NCBI GenBank assembly: GCA_963816965.1
Contig: CAWFMP010000002.1
Span: forward strand, 875,673 to 939,672
From: an uncultured delta proteobacterium
Lineage (GTDB): Bacteria; Myxococcota_A; Polyangia; Palsa-1104
Reading direction: 5' to 3'
Length of the DNA stretch: 64,000 nucleotides
The position numbers were made by a program, and so were the translations under genes. Position 1 is the first letter of the stretch, and each line of letters opens with the position of its first letter. Positions 1 through 7,279 of the stretch are shown one piece after another. A model generated the notes under the pieces. It ran no database searches. It was not told the DNA's origin and worked only from the letters and a program-made list of their open reading frames with translations.

Positions 1-13
1 GCGAAGGCGGGGG

Positions 14-427
14 TCATTTCTCCGTCGGCAGCCCGCGCTGCTGCCACAGGCGCCAGCCGCCGGCGAGCGAGCGCACGCGCCTGTAGCCCATGCGCTGCAG
101 GTTGTCGGCCGCCAGCGCCGAGCGGAAGCCGCCGCCGCAGTAGAGGATCAGCTCCTCGTCCTTGTCGGGCGCCTGGGCGACGATGTCGCGCTCGATGACG
201 CCGCGGCCGATGTGCACGGCGCCGCGCACGCGACCGGCGCGCCACTCGTCGTCCTCGCGCACGTCGACGACGCGCAGGGCGTCGCCGCGCTGCTGCTTGG
301 CCAGCAGCTCGTCGATGGTGCATTCGACGATGCGGCTCTTGGCGTCGTCCACCAGGGCCTGGAACTCTTTCGAATGATCCATGATGGGGTTATAGTCCGA
401 ATACGACAATGCCGGCATCGCTGACAC
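14..427 (-). CDS. rhodanese-domain sulfurtransferase
   Basis: 137-aa ORF; rhodanese active-site loop LYCGGGFRSALAADNL with catalytic Cys; diverges from the add gene. Confidence 0.8.
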   Translation of the reverse strand: MSAMPALSYSDYNPIMDHSKEFQALVDDAKSRIVECTIDELLAKQQRGDALRVVDVREDDEWRAGRVRGAVHIGRGVIERDIVAQAPDKDEELILYCGGGFRSALAADNLQRMGYRRVRSLAGGWRLWQQRGLPTEK

Positions 428-1515
428 TCGATTTTTTGGAACGACTCCCCAAGACCGATCTGCACTGCCACCTCGACGGCAGCCTGCGCATCACCACCAT
501 CCTCGACCTCGCCGCCAAGCAGAAGGTCAAGCTGCCGGCCGACGATCCGGACAAGCTGTTCAAGCACATCTACGCGGGCGAACGTTGTCGCTCGCTCGAC
601 GATTACCTGAAGGCGTTCGACATCACGCTCTCGGTGCTGCAGACGGAGGAGGCGCTCTACCGCGCCGCCTACGAGCTGGCCGAGGACTGCGCGCGCGAGA
701 ACGTGCGCTACCTCGAGGTGCGCTACTCGCCGATGCTGCACACCCAGCGCGGGCTCAAGCTGGCGCCGATCGTCGAGGCGGTGATCCAGGGGCTGCGCGC
801 CGGCGAGCGCGACTTCGGCGTGCGCTCGGGCGTCATCCTGTGCGGCATCCGCTCGATCGATCCGGCGATGTCGCTGCGCATGGCCGAGCTGTGCGTCGCC
901 TTCAAGAACCGCGGCGTCGTCGCCTTCGACCTCGCCGGCGCCGAGTACAACTATCCGGCCAAGGACCACAAGCAGGCGTTCCAGCTCATCCTCGACAACA
1001 ACGTCAACTGCACCGCGCACGCGGGCGAGGCCTACGGGCCGGAGTCGATCGCGCAGGCGATCCACTATTGCGGCGCGCACCGCATCGGCCACGGCACGCG
1101 CCTGCGCGAGAACGGCGATCTGCTCAACTACTGCAACGATCACCGCATCCCGCTCGAGATCTGCCTTTCGTCGAACATCCAGACCCGGGCGGCGCCCGAT
1201 CTGGCGTCGCACCCGCTGCCCTTCTTCTACACCTACGGGCTGCGGGTGACGATCAACACCGACAATCGACTGGTCACCGATACCACGGTGTCCAAGGAGC
1301 TGCTGCTGGTACACCAGCAGTACGGCTTCGCGCTCGACGATCTGAAGGAGCTCATCATCAGCGGCTTCAAGTCGGCCTTCTTGCCCTATCGCGAGAAGGC
1401 GGACCTGCTCAAGAAGGTCACCGCGGAGCTGGCGCAGATCCGTGAGCCGACCGAAGCGGCCGACAAACGGGTCGCGCAGCAGCCCGTGACGGCCGCCGCG
1501 AAGCCGTTAAGCTGA
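409..1515 (+). CDS. add: adenosine deaminase
   Basis: 368 aa; N-terminal metal-binding motif LPKTDLHCHLDGS, HAGE and SxNTDN-like motifs typical of adenosine/AMP deaminase family. Confidence 0.9.
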   Translation: MPASLTLDFLERLPKTDLHCHLDGSLRITTILDLAAKQKVKLPADDPDKLFKHIYAGERCRSLDDYLKAFDITLSVLQTEEALYRAAYELAEDCARENVRYLEVRYSPMLHTQRGLKLAPIVEAVIQGLRAGERDFGVRSGVILCGIRSIDPAMSLRMAELCVAFKNRGVVAFDLAGAEYNYPAKDHKQAFQLILDNNVNCTAHAGEAYGPESIAQAIHYCGAHRIGHGTRLRENGDLLNYCNDHRIPLEICLSSNIQTRAAPDLASHPLPFFYTYGLRVTINTDNRLVTDTTVSKELLLVHQQYGFALDDLKELIISGFKSAFLPYREKADLLKKVTAELAQIREPTEAADKRVAQQPVTAAAKPLS

Positions 1516-1549
1516 TTTTTCGCGCGATTTCGATTACAATCAGCGCGTC

Positions 1550-2344
1550 GTGTCGCCCCATACTCCCTTATCGCAAATGCTCGACGGGCACCTGCCTACG
1601 ATCTGGAACTTCTGCTCCCGCATGACCCTGTCCGCGAACGATGCCAAGGACGCCACGTTCGAGACCTTCGAGCGCGCCGCCTCCAGCCCGCATCCCCCGT
1701 CGGACGACAAGGACATGGAGCTGTGGCTGCTCAAGATCGCGGCCCACGTGGTCGAGAAGCGGCTGCCGCCGACGCCCGAGGTCGACTTCGACCTGCTCGA
1801 CGAGACGCTGCGCTCGGAGGCGACGCGCACGCACGAGGTCTCGTCGCTGACCACGCCCGAGCGCGAGTTCCTGTTGTGGGAGCTCAAGCAGGGCTGCATG
1901 ACCGCGGTCATCAACTGTCTGTCGCCGGGCGAGCGGGTCGCCTTCGTCATGTCGTCGGTGATGTCGAAGTCCGACGAGGAGGCGGCCAAGGCGCTCGGCA
2001 TCAAGGTGTCGGCGTTCAAGGTGCGGCTGTCGCGCGCGCGCAAGAAGATCGGCGACTACCTGGCGCCCCGCTGCGAGCACATCGATCCGCGCAACCCGTG
2101 CCACTGCCCGTCGCGCATCGGCATCGCGCTGTCCAAGGGGTTCATCGCGCCGCCGCAGACGTCGGTGGTGCACCTGCGCACGCCGCAGCGGCCGTTCGAT
2201 CAGGAGATCAAGTCGCGCGACGCCACCAAGATCTTTCAGACGCTGCCGCCGGCGGAGGTGCCGGCGGAGCTGGTAGAGAAGCTCCGACAGGCGGTATCGT
2301 CCGGCGCGTGGACCCAGAAGGCCGCCGCCGCTCCGCGCAAGTAG
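1550..2344 (+). CDS. ECF-type sigma-70 family factor with C-terminal Cys/His-containing extension
   Basis: 264 aa; region-2-like N-terminus and region-4 HTH (LSPGERVAFVMSSV...ALGIKVSAFKVRLSRARKKI) followed by CEHIDPRNPCHCPSR; start uncertain. Confidence 0.55.
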   Translation: MSPHTPLSQMLDGHLPTIWNFCSRMTLSANDAKDATFETFERAASSPHPPSDDKDMELWLLKIAAHVVEKRLPPTPEVDFDLLDETLRSEATRTHEVSSLTTPEREFLLWELKQGCMTAVINCLSPGERVAFVMSSVMSKSDEEAAKALGIKVSAFKVRLSRARKKIGDYLAPRCEHIDPRNPCHCPSRIGIALSKGFIAPPQTSVVHLRTPQRPFDQEIKSRDATKIFQTLPPAEVPAELVEKLRQAVSSGAWTQKAAAAPRK

Positions 2345-2412
2345 CTCGCGCGGCGAGGCTGCACGGCATGCCGTGGCGATGGCGATGGCGATGGCGCCAG
2401 GGGGGCACTGAC

Positions 2413-2530
2413 GGCCCCGCGCGCACTGCCCCGCTGGGCTCAAACAGTCCTCGCCGCCGGGGCGCTGTGCTCGATTCGGGCCCTTGCCTGTGCTGCGGAG
2501 CTCGCCCAGCGGGGCAGTGCGCGCGGGGCC
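2413..2530. repeat. MITE-like dispersed element, family A, copy 1 (perfect 27-bp terminal inverted repeats GGCCCCGCGCGCACTGCCCCGCTGGGC)
   Basis: Near-identical copies at 10651-10768, 24047-24230, 34209-34328 (inverted), 62150-62330; intergenic. Confidence 0.8.
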
Positions 2531-2586
2531 TGCGTGCTCTTGGATGGGGAGCGGTTGCGGCGAGCGGCGGGCCGCGGTGCCGCTGG

Positions 2587-3774
2587 GTGGGGCTGGTGCT
2601 GGTTTTGTTGGCGGCGGGGCCGGTGCGGGCGCAGGTGTCGCGGGGGTCGGCGGTGCCGGTGCACGAGATCTATGCGTCGTGCTCGGGGGACGGGATGCCG
2701 CCGCCGGTGCGGGAGCACGCCGACACGCGCGTGCCGCCGTATAGCTTGCAGCTGTCGGCGCTGGTGCAGGCGTGGGGCGCCGCCTTCGCCGGGCGCGACG
2801 TGCGCCAGACCGACCTCGACGCCGTCGACGGCGCGGGGCTCTACCTCGGCGTGGCGCGCCTGGGCGCCTGCGGTCTTCTGCGCACGCCGAGCGGGCCCAT
2901 CTCGTGGACCGTGGTCTACGAGCCCTTCTCGCTGGACGAAGACGCGCATCCCGATCACCGCGCCTGGGGCCGCATCGTCGCCGCCGAGCTCGGCTTCGCT
3001 CCCTGGAGCTGGCTGACGATCTCGGCGGGCATCCGCAAGGTCGCGTTCAGCTACGGCCACGACGAGCCGCTGGAGCTGCGCGCGCTGCCGATCATCCCCT
3101 ACGTGTCGCAGTCGGTGGCGCCCGATCGGCGCGCCGGGATTACGCTCGACGACGACTTTGGCGCTGCGCACGTGGTCATCGGCGTCTACGAGGGGGCGCG
3201 CGATCTGAGCATCACCGACGACGGCGGCATGCTCCTCGCCGCGCGCCTGGTCGCCGAGCCCATCGGCCCCGTCGGCAACACGGTCTCGACCCGCGGCGAC
3301 CCGGCGGTGTGGCGCCGGCGGATGCGCTTCGCCATCAACGCGTCGATCCTGTATCAGTACGCCAACGGCGCCAGCAACTATGCGCTCGCCGCCGATGGTG
3401 CGCTCCATTGGGGGCCGGTCGGCCTGGCCGGCGAGTACGTGTTCGCGTCGGACACCACCGTGGAGGCGCCGGTGCGCCTGCTGCCGTATCCGGCGCCGGC
3501 GCGGCAGGGGTTGTGGGCCCAGGCGGCGGTGATGCTGTGGCGGCCGTGGATCGAGGTCAGCGCGCGCTACGACTGGTTCGACAACCCGGCGCAGGCGGGG
3601 CAGCGCTTCCACGCCGTCACCGCGGGGCTCGATCTGTACGGTGGGCGCCTGCTCAAGCTGCAGGCGGTCTACACGCACAAGTTCCACTACGGGCTGGCCG
3701 CCGTCGGCGCCCCGGACATCGACGACGACGTGTTCCTGCTGGTCGGCCAGCTCGCGCTCGAGCGGACCTTCTGA
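2587..3774 (+). CDS. putative outer-membrane beta-barrel protein
   Basis: Signal-peptide-like N-terminus (GLVLVLLAAGPVRAQ), alternating amphipathic strands, C-terminal ...LALERTF ending in Phe as in OMP barrels; the upstream part of the long ORF 1723-3774 overlaps the sigma gene and repeat and is discarded; start approximate (GTG). Confidence 0.5.
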   Translation: MGLVLVLLAAGPVRAQVSRGSAVPVHEIYASCSGDGMPPPVREHADTRVPPYSLQLSALVQAWGAAFAGRDVRQTDLDAVDGAGLYLGVARLGACGLLRTPSGPISWTVVYEPFSLDEDAHPDHRAWGRIVAAELGFAPWSWLTISAGIRKVAFSYGHDEPLELRALPIIPYVSQSVAPDRRAGITLDDDFGAAHVVIGVYEGARDLSITDDGGMLLAARLVAEPIGPVGNTVSTRGDPAVWRRRMRFAINASILYQYANGASNYALAADGALHWGPVGLAGEYVFASDTTVEAPVRLLPYPAPARQGLWAQAAVMLWRPWIEVSARYDWFDNPAQAGQRFHAVTAGLDLYGGRLLKLQAVYTHKFHYGLAAVGAPDIDDDVFLLVGQLALERTF

Positions 3775-3861
3775 GCAGCCCCCTCCGTAGACCGCGCGCG
3801 GGGGTTCCGGTACCGTGGAAGGTCGCTGCTATCCGGCCGTAGACCCACACTGGAGGCGCGC

Positions 3862-5649
3862 GTGGCCCACGTCGTCGGCATCGATCTCGGCACCACCAAC
3901 TCGCTGGTCGCGCACATGCGCGCGGACCGGCCGGAGATCATCGCCAGCCAGGCGGGCAAGCGGCTGACGCCTTCGATCGTCGGGCTCGACAAGCACGATC
4001 AGATCCATGTGGGCGAGACGGCGAAGAACCAGCTCATCGCCATGCCCGACCGCACCGTGGCCGAGGTCAAGCGGCTCATGGGCTCGCCGGCGCAGGTCAA
4101 GCTCGGCGCCCGGCAGTACACGCCACAGGAGATCTCGGCGTTCATCTTGAAGCGGCTCAAGGAGGACGCCGAGCGCAGCCTGGGCGAGGCGGTCGCCGAG
4201 GCGGTCATCACCGTGCCCGCCTACTTCACCGACGCGCAGCGGCAGGCGACCAAGGACGCGGGCGAGCTCGCCGGGTTTCGCGTCGATCGCATCCTGAACG
4301 AGCCCACCGCGGCGGCGCTGGCCTACGGGCTCGACCACCTCGACCAGGAGCAGTTCGTCCTGGTGTACGACCTGGGCGGCGGCACCTTCGACGTCAGCGT
4401 GCTCGAGATGTTCGAGGGCGTGCTCGACGTCAAGGCCTCGGCCGGCAACAACCACCTGGGCGGCGGCGACTTCGATCGCGCGGTGGCCGGGTGGCTGGCG
4501 CGCGAGTTCGAGACCGCGCACGGCATCGACCTGCGGCAGGACGTCAAGGCGATGGTGCGGCTCAAGCAGGCGGCGGAGCAGGCCAAGATGGATCTGTCGT
4601 CGATGACGGCGACGACCATCATGCTGCCGTTTCTGGCGGTCAAGGGGGCCGAGCCGCTGTCGCTCGAGACCGAGCTGACGCGGCCCAAGCTCGAGGAGCT
4701 CATCGGCGCCATGATCCGCTCCACGCTGGAGCCGGTGGAGTCGGCGCTGCGCGACGCCAAGCTCGACAAGGCGCGCATCACCGACGTCGTGCTGGTGGGC
4801 GGCAGCTCGCGCATCCCGCTGGTGCAGTCGCTCCTGCACGACTACTTCGGCAAGGAGGCGCGGCGCGGCGTGCACCCCGACGAGGCGATCGCGCTCGGGG
4901 CGGCGGTGCAGGCGGGGCTCAAGTCGGGCGCCATCTCGACCGAGCGCGGCATCATGATCACCGACGTCTGCCCGTTCACGCTCGGCGTCGAGGTGGTGGC
5001 CAACGCCGGCTCGCAGAAGATGGGAGGCATGTTCTCGCCCATCATCCCCCGCAACTCGACGGTGCCGGTGTCGCGCACCGAGGTCTACTCGACGACGGGC
5101 GATCAGCAGCGCGTCGTCGACATCAAGGTGTACCAGGGCGAGTCGCGGCTGGTGAAGAACAACACCTTCCTCGACTCCTACTCGATCGACGGCATTCCGC
5201 CGGCGCCGGCGGGGCACGAGAAGGTGGCGATCACCTTCACCTACGACGTCAACGGCATCCTCAACTGCAAGACCAAGATCGTGTCGACCGGCAAGGAGGC
5301 GCTGCTGGTGGTCGACAAGTCGGCGCAGCGGATGTCGGAAGGCGACAAGGGGCGGGCCCGGGAGCGGCTCGACGGCGAGTGGAAGGGCGAGCCGCGAGGT
5401 GCGGGCGCCGGCGCTGCGCCGCCGGCGGCGACCGGCGCACCGCCGGTGGCGACCGGCGCACCGCCGGTGGCGAGCGCGGGCGAGGGTGGCGCGCTGGTGG
5501 CGGCGGCGCGGGCGAAGCTTGCCAATGTCGACGCGAGCCACAAGGGGAAGATCGAAGCGCTGGTGGCGCAGCTCGAAGGGGCGAGTGACGCAGCGACCCG
5601 GGCGCGCGCCGACCGCGAGCTGGCGCAGCTCTTGTTCGAGCTCGACTAG
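3862..5649 (+). CDS. Hsp70-family chaperone (HscC-like, short C-terminal lid with low-complexity tail)
   Basis: 595 aa; VGIDLGTTNS, DLGGGTFDVSVLE, VLVGGSSRIPLVQ motifs; GGAGG Shine-Dalgarno before GTG start; first gene of coupled 4-gene operon. Confidence 0.9.
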   Translation: MAHVVGIDLGTTNSLVAHMRADRPEIIASQAGKRLTPSIVGLDKHDQIHVGETAKNQLIAMPDRTVAEVKRLMGSPAQVKLGARQYTPQEISAFILKRLKEDAERSLGEAVAEAVITVPAYFTDAQRQATKDAGELAGFRVDRILNEPTAAALAYGLDHLDQEQFVLVYDLGGGTFDVSVLEMFEGVLDVKASAGNNHLGGGDFDRAVAGWLAREFETAHGIDLRQDVKAMVRLKQAAEQAKMDLSSMTATTIMLPFLAVKGAEPLSLETELTRPKLEELIGAMIRSTLEPVESALRDAKLDKARITDVVLVGGSSRIPLVQSLLHDYFGKEARRGVHPDEAIALGAAVQAGLKSGAISTERGIMITDVCPFTLGVEVVANAGSQKMGGMFSPIIPRNSTVPVSRTEVYSTTGDQQRVVDIKVYQGESRLVKNNTFLDSYSIDGIPPAPAGHEKVAITFTYDVNGILNCKTKIVSTGKEALLVVDKSAQRMSEGDKGRARERLDGEWKGEPRGAGAGAAPPAATGAPPVATGAPPVASAGEGGALVAAARAKLANVDASHKGKIEALVAQLEGASDAATRARADRELAQLLFELD

Positions 5650-7268
5650 TGGCCCACCCGTTCGTCGACGAGCTCAAGCGCGAGGTGGTGCTCCATCCGG
5701 ACGACGCGGCGGCGCGCTATCGGCTGGCCGAGGCGCTCTTCGCCGACGGTGACTTCGCGACCGCGGCCAAGCAGCTGGAGAAGGCCATCAAGCTCGACGG
5801 CGCCGACCGCAACGCGCGCCGCCTGCTCGCCAGGTCGTACGAGCGCGCCGGCCGCGGGCCCGACGCGCTGCGCACGCTCGAGGAGCTGGCCCGGCGCGCG
5901 CCCGACGACGTGTCGACGCGCGAGGAGCTCTACGAGCTGTTTCTGGCCCAGGGGCGCATCGACGACGCGCTGGTGCACGCCGAGGAGGCGGCACGGCTGT
6001 CGCCGCTCGATCCCAGGCGCCATCGCACGACCGCCGACCTGTATCGGATGAAGCGCCTGTTGCCGCAGGCGCGCGCGGCGCTGGAGCGGGCGCAGCAGCT
6101 GGCGCCGGAGGATCCGCACCTTGCCGCCGAGCTGCGCGAGCTCTACCTCGAGCTGGGCGACGACGCCGCCTGCGCGCGCGTGGCCGGCGTGCGCGATCGC
6201 GGCTACTTTCTCGCGCAGGCCCGGGCGGCGCTCGACTCCGCGGCGCTCGCCGGGGCCACCCGCGACGGGGCGCTCGCGCAAGCGGCGGTCGCGCTGCGCG
6301 CGGGTGAGCTCGGCGCCGTCAAGCGCGCGCTCATGATCGCGACCGCGGCGGACAAGGGGGCGGCGGCGTACGAGTTCTTGCGCGGCGAGGTGCTGCTCAT
6401 CGAGGGCGAGGCCGAGCGCGCCGAGAAGGCCTTCCGCGCCGTGGTCGCGCGTGCCGACGACTTCGGGCTCGCCTACAACCGCCTCGGTGATCTGTTGCAG
6501 CATCGCGGCGAGCTGCGGGCGGCGGTCGGGTTCTACGAGTTGGCGCTGCGCCATGCGCCCGACGACGCCAACGCCGCCGAGGACCTGGGCGACGTGCTGG
6601 CGACGCTCGGCGAGCGCGAACGAGCCATCGCCATGTACCGCGCTGCCGCCGACCGCGATCCCAGCTCCCGCGCCGCCGACAAGCTGCGCTCGCTCGATGA
6701 CGCCGCGCGCGTGGCCGCGGCGACGGCGCCCGCCATCGGCAAGATCGGCGTGCTCGGCTGGACCCCATCGGGGGGCGCGGTCTCGCCGCTGGAGGCGGTC
6801 GCCGTAGTCGGGCACGGGCAGCTCATCTTCAGCGGCAACGTGGGGCCGACCTCGCGCGAGGCGGGCCTGGTGGCGTTCTCCTGCCTCAAGCTCAAGGCGC
6901 GCGACCTCGGCATCGGCGAGCTGGTCGCCAGCTACGATCTGCACCTGCACTTCACCGACACCGAGGTGGGCAAGGACGGGCCGTCGTCGGGGCTGGCGCT
7001 GGTGCTGGCGGGGATCAGCGCCTATCAGCAGCGGCCGGTGCGCGCCGGGCTGGCGGCGACGGGGGAGATCACGATTCACGGCGACGTCAAGCCGGTGGGC
7101 GGCATCCACGAAAAGATCGTCGCCGCGCACCTGGCTGGCTTCCGCACGGTGCTCATGCCGCGGCGCAACCTCAAGGAGGCGCGCGAGCTGCCGCCGGAAG
7201 TGGCATCCAAGATGGAGATCGGGTTCGTCGATTCGGTGGCCGAAGCGATCGACCGGGCGCTGGTGTGA
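5649..7268 (+). CDS. TPR-repeat protein with C-terminal Lon-type (S16) peptidase domain, no AAA+ ATPase
   Basis: 539 aa; N-terminal TPRs; C-terminal KDGPSSGLALVLAGISAY (catalytic Ser) and GEITIHGDVKPVGGIHEKIVAAHLAGFRTVLMPRRN (catalytic Lys) match Lon proteolytic domain; GTG start overlaps Hsp70 stop (TAGTG). Confidence 0.85.
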   Translation: MAHPFVDELKREVVLHPDDAAARYRLAEALFADGDFATAAKQLEKAIKLDGADRNARRLLARSYERAGRGPDALRTLEELARRAPDDVSTREELYELFLAQGRIDDALVHAEEAARLSPLDPRRHRTTADLYRMKRLLPQARAALERAQQLAPEDPHLAAELRELYLELGDDAACARVAGVRDRGYFLAQARAALDSAALAGATRDGALAQAAVALRAGELGAVKRALMIATAADKGAAAYEFLRGEVLLIEGEAERAEKAFRAVVARADDFGLAYNRLGDLLQHRGELRAAVGFYELALRHAPDDANAAEDLGDVLATLGERERAIAMYRAAADRDPSSRAADKLRSLDDAARVAAATAPAIGKIGVLGWTPSGGAVSPLEAVAVVGHGQLIFSGNVGPTSREAGLVAFSCLKLKARDLGIGELVASYDLHLHFTDTEVGKDGPSSGLALVLAGISAYQQRPVRAGLAATGEITIHGDVKPVGGIHEKIVAAHLAGFRTVLMPRRNLKEARELPPEVASKMEIGFVDSVAEAIDRALV

Positions 7269-7279
7269 AAGGACGAACG

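Noticed and set aside
148-1314. 388-aa minus-strand ORF antisense to the adenosine deaminase gene
   Set aside because: Arg/Ala/Gly-rich low-complexity translation, typical of spurious antisense ORFs in 70% GC DNA; the plus-strand product has clear homology.
2344-2412. GCGATG x3 microsatellite (GGCGATGGCGATGGCGATGGCG) as a possible regulatory repeat
   Set aside because: Too short and isolated to support any function; noted only as sequence curiosity.
1723-2586. Upstream portion of the long plus-strand ORF 1723-3774
   Set aside because: Overlaps the sigma-factor gene in another frame and runs through a family-A repeat; only the part downstream of the signal-peptide-like start (~2587) looks like genuine protein.
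3829-5541. 570-aa minus-strand ORF antisense to the Hsp70 gene
   Set aside because: No motifs, extreme R/G/A/D bias; opposite strand encodes a canonical Hsp70.
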